A DNA stretch of 64,000 nucleotides from Octopus vulgaris (Eukaryota), in NCBI GenBank assembly GCA_951406725.2, contig OX597815.1, forward strand, positions 195,548,001 through 195,612,000, in the 5' to 3' direction. The position numbers were made by a program, and so were the translations under genes. The notes under the pieces were generated by a model, which saw nothing but the letters and a program-made list of their open reading frames with translations, made no database searches and had not been told where the DNA came from. Positions 25,430-38,059 of this stretch are shown piece by piece (position 1 is the stretch's first letter; each line of letters opens with the position of its first letter).

Positions 25430-26210
25430 TAATCTTGTTTGAAGAAACTAAGAAAAATTAAATGTTCGGAAACTAAGAGTGCCTAACTATTTTGTTTCTA
25501 TATATACAGTCAATCTCTGAACACGTTCTCGAATTTGATCTTTAGAATCGGATAATTGATATTTCATGTAAAGCGGTGAATTAGTAACATCATATATATT
25601 TTATAAATTCTATAAACTACCCTGTGAATTCTGTGTATGGAAAGATCTCTAGATACTGTTACAATATTTTCTTTAATGCTTCACATTTCCAGCAGGCACT
25701 GAACGTCCAAAGATTTCTTCTGAAATATATTACTTCTGAAGAATCGTTTATAGACAATTTATGTAATTCATCTGGGTAACTTGCTATTTTTCAAATACAA
25801 ATTAAACTGAATTTTCAGCAAATAGTGAACTCAGGTTTAGCGAATGCTTCTTTGATGTATCCTTGCATATAATGTATTAGACGTGGAAAAATGGTATCTC
25901 ATGATCATTAAAAGAAGATTTTGCCGAGTTAGGTTCACAGATGTTTGTAGCACAGAATCTATATCGCGCTCTCATGTGTCGTTCATCATACGCCTTCACC
26001 TCCTTTGAAAATGTTATTCTGAGCTATGAGCTACAGTCTTCATTCATGAGAAGGGCGTTTGTATACATAAAGAAGCTACTCATAACTCTTGTTATGAAAT
26101 CTTTTCACGTTGTGCTTGAGAAAGTTATTGTGCTGCATTATTTTGCTCAGTATATTGAGCCAAAATCGCAGGTCTTGATATATCAGTTTTGTAATTTTTG
26201 TTCAAATACC
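25430..26210 (-). pseudogene. Helitron N-terminal relic, copy 2
   Basis: Paralog of 22025-22810. Confidence 0.68.
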
Positions 26211-26227
26211 TGGGTTTTTTCTAATAT

Positions 26228-26282
<55 letters not shown>

Positions 26283-26290
<8 letters not shown>

Positions 26291-26693
26291 ATATTTCGGA
26301 ATGGTCATATTGCCAGTATAGCCAATAAAAACACACGCACTATATATTTGGTGTTATTTTGCTTCAGTGATATTTATTTTTTACATTAATCTTAATCTTA
26401 TTTCGGCCAAAGTTCTTTCGTCACACTCCTGTGACCGCATCAGTGGTCCTTTGTTTTCTTCTCACTTACTTGTGTCTCTCCTTACTAACCGTAAGGAGAG
26501 ACACAAGTAAGTGAGAAGAAGACAAAGGACCACTGATGCGGTCACAGGAGTGTGACGAAAGAACTTTGGCCGAAATAAGATTAAGATTAATGTAAAAAAT
26601 AAATATCACTGAAGCAAAATAACACCAAATATATAGTGCGTGTGTTTTTATTGGCTATACTGGCAATATGACTATTCCGAAATATAACAATAT
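26283..26693. repeat. Near-perfect 411-bp palindrome carrying a hammerhead-like motif in each arm
   Basis: Arms ~203 bp, loop TAACC (26486-26490), 2 mismatches seen; CCA-CTGATGC-G-GTCAC..GTGAC-GAAA-G AA CTT-TGG at 26527-26571. Confidence 0.92.
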
Positions 26694-26747
26694 CTGTTTC
26701 AACACACGACTTCACATAAAAAAATCTTGCACAACAAATATTTAAAC

Positions 26748-26796
<49 letters not shown>

Positions 26797-26797
<1 letters not shown>

Positions 26798-26997
26798 TTG
26801 CCATACTAATATGGCATTCTTAAAAATAAGAATAAAGCTGTCATGATTAGCTCCATGAAGCCATCGCCTCAAGCTAGCTACTTGACACACAAACTGCGTC
26901 CGTTATTAAACCTTCGAACCGGCGTTGACTTCATGGAGCTAATCAGCGATAGCTTTATTCTTATTCTTAAGAATGCCATATTAGTATGGCGATAACT
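26797..26997. repeat. Hairpin E: ~70-bp inverted arms with ~50-bp spacer
   Basis: GCCATACTAATATGGCATTCTTAA...GCTCCATGAAG / CTTCATGGAGC...TTAAGAATGCCATATTAGTATGGC; paralog 32706-32912. Confidence 0.85.
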
Positions 26998-27158
26998 ATT
27001 AATTTCCAGAAGCGCTGTCGTAATCTCTTTTAAAGAGACTTAGTAATTTTAATAATTCTATTATATATATAATAGAAATATTAAAATTACTAAGTCTCTT
27101 TATATATATATATATAAATTATATATATATATATATATATATAATATAAATTACTAAG

Positions 27159-27212
<54 letters not shown>

Positions 27213-28220
27213 TAAAAACGGTAAAATAACAAAAGAAAGAAAGAGACCTCAATATTATGTAAATAGAGGAAATTTATCTATAAAATAATATGTTACAATT
27301 ACTCAATAGTCAAATATTTGTTACGTTTTTGGTCCCCTCAAGAAAACAGATAGAACTTGCTTTCTATATTATGTCCCCAAAAGTTTTTTTTACCTCAATA
27401 TACCTTTTATTATTTCATATATGTTTATATTTTCACATATAATAATTTTTTCTGTATTCTTCCATCCTGCATTTTTTCCTGTGCCTATATAGATGTGTAT
27501 ATAGATTTATTTGTACACGTGTGTGAATATGTATGAGTGGGCAGTTTCAGATGTGTGCGTGTGTGCGGGTATAAGAATGCATATATATATAGACGTTTTT
27601 ACTCAGTATTTAAAAAAATTTTTTAAGTATTTTGGGGGGATATGTATATTCATTTTTTGTGTATGCGTGTGTGCGTATGGGTATATAAAAATGTGCGTGT
27701 ATGTACATATATGGGCGTGTGTGAGTATGAGTGCATAAGGGCATGTTCGTATATGAACGTGGTTTTTACGCTTTGTATACTTCCTTATGATTTTTTTCTG
27801 TTACCTTTTTCATATGTATTATATATTCGTATATGTCGTTATTTTATAGGTTTTGTATACTTTAGTTCAATACAATTAAACCTAATAAAGTTCTTGATAC
27901 AGGCTGTAACTTCAAATCGACGTGTAATAACATGGCGAAATTTTGACTTCCTAGTTTCGCTTAAACACGTATATACAAAAAGGAGGAGAGGGAGACAGGG
28001 AAAGAGAGTGAGGGAGAGAGGGACAGACACAGAGAAATACACAGAGAGAGAGAGAGAGAGAGAAACAAATAGACAGAGAGTGACAAGGCCAGAAAAAGAC
28101 AGAGAAAGTCACACACAGAAGGTGTATGTGTTTTTGTACGCATGCGTGTGCACGTGTGTAGCCTGTGTCTGCGTGGTGCGTGTATGTGCGAGTGTGTGCG
28201 TGTGTGTGTTTGTGGAATTA

Positions 28221-28265
<45 letters not shown>

Positions 28266-28268
<3 letters not shown>

Positions 28269-29201
28269 TTAATAAAAGGGTTCAGCAAAGATTTGCTTCA
28301 CCACACGCCGAAGTTTAGATATAGCAGCCAAAAATCTTAGCTATTTCTTCTACTTTAAAAAGGGACTCCTAGAGAAACCAAAAATGTTGGCATCCTTTTT
28401 GTCTCGTATTTGAAGATAATTCACACAGCAGAGAGTAAAGCAACGAAAATCGATCAATATCTGGTCATCCAAGGACGCGCGTTTCGGAATTAGGTTTTGC
28501 ATAAAGAATATAAAATTATACTTTACTAAACATTTTCTTCATCAGCATGGCAATTCCACAATAATTCGATAGTTGAATATATCTCTACACCTAACGGCAT
28601 TAGACAGATCATATTCAGTGTTAGTACCGCCGAATTCAAAATATGAATGAGATTCGCTTAGCTTCCCCAGCCCGTCCGCGTGTGTCTTCAAGTAAACTAC
28701 TTCAGAAAAAAATCTGCATTTTTTTCTCGGGTAGAAAATTCTATTATCAATAATAACAAAGGGTAAAATGAATTAATTAAGAAGTAACTAATAATTTCAC
28801 CCAGTAGAATTCGGTATGAAAAGACCATGTCACGGTAAACTTAAGTAATACTTAATAAAAGGTTTCGTAAAGTATAATTTTATATTCTTTATGCAAAACC
28901 TAATTCGAAACGCGCGTCCATCGATGACCAGATATTGATTGATTTTCGTTGCTTTAGTCTCTGGTGTGTGAATTATCTTCAAGTATTTTGGTTTCTCTAG
29001 GAGTCCCTATTTAAAGCAGAAGAAATATCTAAGATTTTTGGCTGCTATTTCTAAACTTCGGTGTGTGGTGAAGCAAATCTTTGCTGAACCCTGTTATTAA
29101 GTATTACTTAAGTTTACAGTGAAATGGTCCTTTTCATACCGAATTCTACTTGGTGAAATTATTAGTTATTTCTTAATTAATTAATTTTACTCTTTGTTAT
29201 T
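28266..29201. mobile_element. Penelope-like element with nested inverted pseudo-LTRs and hammerhead
   Basis: 28266-28525 inverted vs 28866-29106; 28748-28860 inverted vs 29094-29201; same family at 58870-59250 and 12538-12610. Confidence 0.75.
28469..28550 (-). ncRNA. Type I hammerhead ribozyme motif with extended stem II
   Basis: CCATG-CTGATGA-(~53 nt)-GAAAC-GCGC-GTC-CTTGG on the minus strand; GUC triplet, palindromic stem III loop. Confidence 0.65.
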
Positions 29202-29374
29202 ATATACATATATATATATATATGTGAAATAGAAAGATGAATAATCTTGTAGTAGATTAATCAAAAGTTTAACCGATACCTTAGTAGCAAAAATCACAGC
29301 AGTAAAACAGCACGGTTGGAGGTACAACCATATGGTGTTGCAACCGTGCTGTTGGTGCGGATAATTGAAATTAG

Positions 29375-29833
29375 AACATTATTGGTGAATTGAAGAAATG
29401 GAGCTGAACGCAGATTGGACAGAAATCGTTTTATTTCATTCTCCACGTGTTTCGAAAGGCACAAATTACCAAAATCCGATGGAATAATGGGACCATATTG
29501 TGTCTTTCTCTTCAGGAAGAAAATAGGAAATCCGTTGGAAAAACAAAAACAGAACAGAGGCGGAGCAAAAACAAATCGAACTATGCTCCTAAGAGCCCAT
29601 GGCGAAACTCAGCTCTTAGGAGCATAGTTCGATTTGTTTTTGCTCCGCCTCTGTTCTGTTTTTGTTTTTCCAACGGATTTCCTATTTTCTTCCTGAAGAG
29701 AAAGACACAATATGGTCCCATTATTCCATCGGATTTTGGTAATTTGTGCCTTTCGAAACACGTGGAGAATGAAATAAAACGATTTCTGTTCAATCTGCGT
29801 TCAGCTCCATTTCTTCAATTCACCAATAATGTT
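29375..29833. repeat. Near-perfect 459-bp palindrome
   Basis: Arms ~222 bp (29375-29596 / 29612-29833), 15-nt loop; contains CTGAAGA-GAAAG...CTTTC-GAAAC. Confidence 0.92.
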
Positions 29834-29923
29834 ATATATATATATATATATCTGTGTTGTGTGTGTGTGTGTATGTGTAAATTAAAAATGATATATGTAT
29901 ATATGCATGCATATATGGGTACC

Positions 29924-30146
29924 TATTTCTTTACTATCTACAAGGGGCTAAATATAGAGTGGATAAACAAAGGGATTAAGCCGATTACATCGACCACAGT
30001 GAGGAACTGGTACTTAATTTATCGATCCCGAAGAGATGAAAGGCAAAATCGACCTCGGCGAAATTTGAACTCAGAACGTAGCGGCAGACGAAATACCGCT
30101 AAGCATTTCGTCCAGCGTTTTAACGATTCCGCCAGTTCGCCGCCTT
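29924..30146 (-). mobile_element. SINE family B
   Basis: Homology to other family B copies. Confidence 0.88.
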
Positions 30147-30253
30147 ATACAGATTCCTAAAAATATAGAAAGAAAATAATTCAATACATTTTTTTCCGTG
30201 TGAAGAATAGTAAAATCGAATAGTAAGGTCGAATACTAAAATAAAATATGCCT

Positions 30254-30301
<48 letters not shown>

Positions 30302-30384
30302 AAAACACTTACATATTAAACATATATGCCAGGTTCAGGCAAACGCTTGGACGTACTTCAATCTTTATTAATATTTCCATCAAT

Positions 30385-31420
30385 TTCCATGCAAAAAGAC
30401 TTTATTCATCACAATATGTCCAATGATTTTCTGTTGCCTCTGCGAGAAAGCTCAGGTCCGCGCTTAAAACGTAAGGCAGGCCCGAAGACAAAATATACAC
30501 TCCCTGCAATCATTTTCACCCCCAAACACATCGTTTAACTTCCGTCAAGCAAGAAATGTGCCTTGGCTCGGAAAAGATGATAATCTAATTGTGCAAAGTC
30601 TGTACTTAAGCCAAAGTAGAACGATGCTTCCAGCACCACACGATCCTCAAATTTTCGGTCACATATGCAATTGGTGTATGGGCATTTTCATGCTATACTG
30701 TTGCAGGTCTCCGATTGATCAGTGCCGAGCATTGGGCTTTGAAAGCATGATAAATTCGTTGCTGTTGTAGAGCATGAAATTTGCTGTTCCCAACATGACA
30801 AACTGTGAGAAGCCTGAAGTATCAGCATCCCCTTGAAATTTCATCAAACATATACGATAAACTCGAGGTCAAACCGCTCTTATTTGAAAACAGATTCTGA
30901 ACTGTGGTCAGAACGAAACCGCTGATTCCTTTTATGAGGAATAGGAACTTCATTGATTTTTCATCCCCAGTTACAAGTCGAAGCAAAACCCAAAAGTGCC
31001 GAAGATTTCTCAGCAGTTGTTTGCAAAAGTTCATACGTCTTGTTAAGCCTGGTCTTTGTTCAGTTCATGAGGAACTTCTCGACAGCGTCTGTTCATAAGG
31101 CCGAGTTTTGATGATGCTTTGTGACGGACCAAGTTCTGCGGACGATGTAGGAGCGCTTGTGTTCTGCTGTTGATCAGTCATTTCAAGCAACGCCTTATGT
31201 TCCACAACAGGAGATCTACGTTATAATAGGGTTGTCTACGGGACTAGAATCTCTTTCCTTGAAACATCTGAACCAGATTTGTGCCACATTTTGGTTGACA
31301 ATATCTGAATCTTTCACGTTGTTAATTACTTGTGCTAATGCGGTTGCATTTAGTCCTATTATCTACAAGTTGCGTGAAATGGGTCTAATGCCATATTCTT
31401 TCACTGCTCATTATTTAAGT
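30385..31420 (-). pseudogene. Mariner transposase pseudogene, duplicate of 20640-21620
   Basis: LRLVTGDEKS in ORF 30822-31034; retains two short segments deleted from the first copy. Confidence 0.88.
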
Positions 31421-31616
31421 GGTAAAATAAAGAACGAACAATTGAGTTATGTTTGACAAAAGGATGTATCAAGTTAATATCATAATATGGAGATACAAGT
31501 GGCCAAAACATCAACAGTGAACATCTGAAAGCAATTTTGATTATACCTGTTATATCTATTTATATGTGTGTGTGTATGTGTGTGTGTTTGCATACGTGTG
31601 TTTATGTGTATGTGTA

Positions 31617-31662
<46 letters not shown>

Positions 31663-31714
31663 GGAGAGAAATTAAATTTTAATGAACTAAATCGGTAGAA
31701 CAACATTTACATTA

Positions 31715-32660
31715 TTTATATTTAATGAATTCAAATACCTTGTTACAGGATAAAAACCAAATTGATTTTTCACTATCAATGAATCTACGCTTCCTAGTGT
31801 GAATACATTTCCAGGAAGCTCACCACTTGTTTCATCGCTTAGCTTTCTGTTAGGGCGGCAGCGATGATGCGAAGTTAATCTTGTTTGCAGAAGCTAAAAC
31901 AAAACGAAATGTTCGGAAACTAAGAGAGTCAAAATATTTTGTTTTCTATATATACAGTCCTTCTCTGAACACGGTGTCGAATTTGATCTCCTGAATCGGA
32001 TAATTGATATTTCATGTAAAGCGGTGCATTAGTAACGTCATATATCTTTTATAAATTCTATAAACTACTCTGTGAATTCTGTGTTTGGAAAGATCTCTAG
32101 AAACTGTTGCAATATTTGCTTTAATGCTTCACATTTCCAGCACGCAATGAACTTCCAAAGATTTCTTCTGAAGTACATTGCTCCTGGAGGAATCGTTTAT
32201 AGACAATTTATGTAATTCATCTGGGTAATTTGCTATTTTTCAAATACAAATTAAACTGGATTTGGAGCAAATAGTGAACTCAGGTTCAGCGAATGCTTCT
32301 TTGATGTTTCCTTGCATATAATGTATTAGACATGAAAAAATGATATCTCATGTTCACTAAAAGAAGATTTTGCCGAGTTAGGTTCACAGCTGTTTGTAGC
32401 ACAGAATCTATATCGCGCTCTCACGTGTCGTTCATCATCTGCCTTTACCTCCTTTGATAATGTTATTCTGAGCTATGAGCTGCAGTCTTCATTCTTGAGA
32501 AGGGCATTTGTATTCATAAAGAAGCTACTCATAACTCTTGTTATGAAATCTATTCTCGTTGTCCCTTAGAAAGTTATTGTGCTGCATTATGTTGCTCAGC
32601 ATATTGAGCCAAAATCGCAGGTCTTGATATATCAGTTTTGTATTATCTTTTCAAACGCCT
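31715..32660 (-). pseudogene. Helitron relic (N-terminal + Pif1 fusion), copy 3
   Basis: Paralog of 21870-22810. Confidence 0.68.
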
Positions 32661-32671
32661 GGGCTTTTTCT

Positions 32672-32710
<39 letters not shown>

Positions 32711-33052
32711 TCGCCATACTGATATAGCATTCTTAAAATTAAGAATAAAGCTGTCGCTGATTAGCTCCATGAAGCCATCGCCTCAAGCTAGCTACTTGAC
32801 ACACAAACTGCGTCCGTTATTAAACCTTAGAACAGGCGTTGACTTCATGGAGCTAATTAGCGACAGCTTTATTCTTATTTTTAAGAATGCCATATTAGTA
32901 TGGCGATAACTATTGATTACCAGAAATGCTGTCGTAATCTCTTTTAAAGAGACTTAGTAATTTTAATATTTCTATTATATATATATTATATATATATATA
33001 TATATATAATAGAAATATTAAAATTACTAAGTCTCTTTATATATATATATAT

Positions 33053-33097
<45 letters not shown>

Positions 33098-33104
33098 TAC
33101 TAAG

Positions 33105-33140
<36 letters not shown>

Positions 33141-34378
33141 GGTAAAAACGGTAAGATAACAAAAGAAAGAAAGAGACCTCAATATTATGTAAATAGAGGA
33201 AATTCATCTATAAAATAATATGTTACAATTACTCAATTGTCAAATTTTTGTTATGTTTTTGGTCCCCTCAAGAAAACAGATAGAACTTGCCTTCTATATT
33301 ATGTCCAAAAAAGTTTTTTTTTTACCTCAATATACCTTTTACTATTTCATATATTTTTATATTTTCACACATAATAATTTTTTCTGTACTCTTCCATCCT
33401 GCATTTTGTCCTGTGCCTATATAGATGTGTATATAAATTCATTTGTACACGTGTGTGAATATGTATGAGTGGGCAGTTTCAGATGTGTGCGTGTGTGCGG
33501 GTGTAAGAATGCATATATATATAGACGTTTTTACTTAGTATTTTTACAATTTTTTAAGGTATTTTTGGAGGATATGTATATTCATTTTTTGTGTATGCGT
33601 ATATAAAAATGTGCGTGTATGTACATATATGGGCGTGTGTGAGTATGATTGCATAAGGGCATGTTCGTATATGAACGTGCTTTTTAAGCTTTGTATACTT
33701 CCTTATGTTTTTTCTGTTACCCTTTACATATGTATTATATATTCGTATATGTCGTTATTTTATAGGTTTTGTATACTTCAGTTCAATAACAATAAACCTA
33801 ATAAAATTCTTGACACAGGCTGTGACTTCAAATCGACGTGTAATAACATGGCGAAATTTTGACTTCCTAGTTTCGCTTAAATACGTATATACAAAAGGGA
33901 GGAGAGGGAGACAGGGAAAGAGAGTGAGGGAGAGAGGGACAGATACAGAGAAATAGAGAGAAAGTCAGAGAGAAACAGAAACAAATAGATAGAGAGTGAC
34001 AGGACCAGAAACAGACTGAGAAAGACACACACAGACGCTGTACGGGCTTTTGTACCCATGCGTTCGAGCGTGTGTAGGGTGTATTTGTGTGGTTCGTGTA
34101 TGTGCGAATGTGTACGTGTGTGTATGTGTGTGTGTGCTTGTGTGTGTATGTGTGTGTTTGTGTGTATAGGTGTTTGTGTTTGTGGCTGTGTGGAAATAAA
34201 TGGAAATATATCTATTATATACATTTTATTATTTTTGTAATTTACTTAATTCTTACTTTTTAATTGTTATTTTAATTTGAACTTTTCTATTATATTTAAT
34301 TTTTCAGATGGTGTAATTTAATTATTCATTTGGAATTGATAAAAGGTGTTTTTTTTTTCTAATATAACATTATTATTA

Positions 34379-34791
34379 TGCGCAGGAGTGGCTGTGTGGT
34401 AAATAGCTTGTTTACCAACCACATGGTTCCGCGTTCAGTCCAACTGTGTGGCACCTTGGGCAAGTGTCTTCTACTATAGCCTCGGGCCGACCAAAGCCTT
34501 GTGAGAGGATTTGGTAGACGGAAACTGAAAGAAGCCTGTCGTATATATGTATATATATATGTATGTGTGTGTGTTTGTGTGTCTGTGTTTGTCCCCCTAG
34601 CATTGCTTGACAACCGATGCTGGTGTGTTTATGTCCCCGTCACTTAGCGGTTCGGCAAAAAGAGACCGATAGAATAAGTACTGGGCTTACAAATAATAAG
34701 TTCCGGGGTCGAGTTGCACGACTAAAGGCGGTGCTCCAGCATGGAAGCAGTCAAACGACTGAAACAAGTAAAAGAGTAAAAGAGTAAAAGA

Positions 34792-34794
<3 letters not shown>
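34379..34794 (+). mobile_element. tRNA-derived SINE family A (post-duplication insertion)
   Basis: Full copy with (AGTAAAAG)3 tail; absent from the paralogous site near 24155. Confidence 0.92.
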
Positions 34795-34832
<38 letters not shown>

Positions 34833-34909
34833 GTGGTGTGGAATTTGATTCAGTTTTTCTAAATTGAATTCTTTTTCCTTGCAAGTTTGGATTTTATTCC
34901 CTCATATAA

Positions 34910-35049
<140 letters not shown>

Positions 35050-35664
35050 GTATATATTATGTGTGTGTGATCACCGTGTGTATGAGCTTGTGTATATCAG
35101 GTCACTTGTTAGATCTATCATGAGTGCTACTAGTAACGAGGAATTTAGCATTCAATATGGCGCAAAGGCAGATCACTGATGCCTGCGATTGCAACCCAGC
35201 CTATATTTGCCTAATGAGAAGTGTTGGTAGGAACCCAGCAGTAATAAATTCAAGTCCTGTCTAAAAGACCGATAAGCCTTCTGTAGATTCAAGTAATATC
35301 AAGCAATAGCACTGACCCTCTGAAAAGGGTTGAAATTACTGGAAGTGTGGGACTCACTCAGCTTTTTGTAAAATAATGTTTCTTTGATAAATTTTCTCAG
35401 ATATAAAACCAGAGGTACAGGGAATGGCATAGAACATTTTGGATATCACTTACTAGGGCTTGAGATCATATTCTTGAGCCTGAAACCTATATAGGCATAG
35501 TATATCTTGACCTGACCTCTCTGGATCCTATCAACATGGTAGAGAAGTCGTGTCTGCTCTATAGCAAGACTTCTGTGGCCTAAAATTCTAAGTGGTGCAT
35601 TCGCCAGCGAAGCGACATTCCATTGCTTACTCGAACATGTGGCCTCATCAGCGATCATGGATGT

Positions 35665-36620
35665 TAATCTTGTTTGAAGAAACTAAAAAAAATGAAATGT
35701 ACGGAAACTAAGAGTGTCAAACAATTTTGTTTTATATATACAGTCAATTTCTGAACACGTTCTCGAATTTGATCTTTAGAATCGGATAATTGATATTTCA
35801 TGTAAAGCGGTGAATTAGTAACAACATATATATTTCATAAATTCTATAAACTACCCTGTGAATTCTGTGTATGGAAAGATCTCTAGATACTGTTACAATA
35901 TTTTCTTTAATGCTTCACATTTCCAGCACGCACTGAACTTCCAGAGATTTCTTCTGAAATTTATTGCTTCTAGTGAACCGTTTATAGACAATTTATGTAA
36001 TTTATCTGGGTAATTTGCTATTTTTCAAATACAAATTAAACTGAATTTGCAGCAAATAGTGAACTCAGGTTTAGCGAATGCTTCTTTGATGTATCCTTGC
36101 TTATTATGTATTAGACATGAAAAAATGGTATCTCATGTTCATTAAAACAAGATTTTGCCGAGTTACGTTCACAGGTGTTTGTAGCACAGAATCTATATGA
36201 CGCTCTCACGTGTCGTTCATCATCCGCCTTTACCTCCTTTGATAATTTTATTCTGAGCTATGAGCTGCTGTCTTCATTGTTGAGAAGGGTATTTGTGTAA
36301 TTAAAGAAGCTACTCAGGATCTTGTTTTGAAATCTATTCACGTTGTCCTTGAGAAAGTTATTGTGCTGCATTATGTTACTCAGCATATTGAACCAAAATC
36401 TCAAGTCTTGTTGTATCTGTTTTGTATTTTCTTTTCAAACGCGTTCCCCCTGACACATGGTGAATTTCTCCTAATGCTCCACTTCGTCGTGCTGCATAAA
36501 CTTTTTGTTGTGATTTTCCTTTCTGCTTCATTCATTCGTGGGTGCTTTACACGGAGCTAGTTTTTTTCACAACTTGTGAGATGTGGTCTATTTTTCTCAT
36601 TCTTAATTTGTGATTGGTTG
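35665..36620 (-). pseudogene. Helitron N-terminal relic, copy 4, extending further 5'
   Basis: Paralog of 25430-26210 but continues past the TTCTTTTCAAACGC junction where the other three copies stop. Confidence 0.6.
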
Positions 36621-37095
36621 AATAAAATATGTGTCAACTATATCCGCTTGTAGTAAGAGTAAAGCAGAAGCTTTTTTCAAATCTTTGTAATCCACTGGCC
36701 TGAAATTTTTTCGCTGTACCTAACACAAATTAGGATTTGTTATCATTTCATTTAACAAATATAAATTGTTACTAAAAGAAAAAGTTTTTCTCCACACCTT
36801 AAACAATTTGAACATTCACAATTTATTTTCATACTGTTGCAAGATTTGAAATTATTTTACAATAATTAATAAATATTATATGCATAAGAAACAATATATT
36901 TGCTTTCAGTAGAATACATACGACCATAATCAGTTCCTTGCTATCATATTTCTTTCTTCTTACATATGCAGATATGTGTGTGTATATTCTGTGCGTGTGT
37001 GTGTGTGCGTGTGGATATGTTTGTATCTCTGTCTATCCTACTCTCTCTCCTCTTCTCTCTCCCTCTGTCTGTCTGTCTCTCATTCTCTCTCTCTC

Positions 37096-37199
<104 letters not shown>

Positions 37200-37420
37200 C
37201 AAATATATATACATATGTAGGAAGATGAAGGCTGGACGGTATATCGGCCGAAACGCAGTGTTAACAACAAGCAAATTAAGGAGAAATATCCGTCAGTTGT
37301 AAATAACGTATATAATTCCTTATCTCTTTAATATTGAACTATATCATGTGTAGGAAGAGTAATATAAATGTATACACATATACACATACACACACACAGA
37401 CACATATGTATGATTGTAAA

Positions 37421-37483
<63 letters not shown>

Positions 37484-37582
37484 ACGAGTGATGTGTGTAT
37501 AACGCTTTCGTTTTGTTCATAGAAGCATTGAAATCTAAAACGCTTACGAGTAATCGACACTATTGTCTACATCGTGTCAAAG

Positions 37583-37888
37583 TTCCATTTATTTCCACAC
37601 AGTCACACACACACACACAAACACACACACAAACACCCACACACACACTCGTACATACACGCACCCACACAAACACACGCTCCACACATGCGCACCCATG
37701 CGTACAAAAACACACACACCTTCAGAGTGTGGCTTTCTCTGTCTTTTTCTGGCCTTGTCACTCTTTGTCTATTTTCTCTCTCTCTCTCTCTCTATTTCTG
37801 TGTATCTGTCCCTCTCTCCCTCACTCTCTTTCCCTGTCTCCCTCTCCTCCCTTTTGTATATACGTGTTTAAGCGAAACTAGGAAGTCC
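37583..37888 (-). repeat. Inverted partial copy of duplication block C
   Basis: Reverse complement of ~23600-24000 (GACTTCCTAGTTTCGCTTAAA...GTGTGGAAATAAATGGAA). Confidence 0.85.
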
Positions 37889-38059
37889 TTGTGGGTAGTA
37901 AAGAAATATATATATATATATACATATAATCTAAATAAGGGTGAAAAAATTGGATAGTAATTTAATAACATCAATTTAACACCAGTGGTTTAGCGCATAA
38001 AAAAAACTGAGGTTCAGTAAATATATATATACATACATACATACATACTTATATATATA

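Noticed and set aside
29447-30160. 237-aa ORF, longest in the window
   Set aside because: Runs through both arms of a palindrome, a microsatellite and a SINE; no protein motif.
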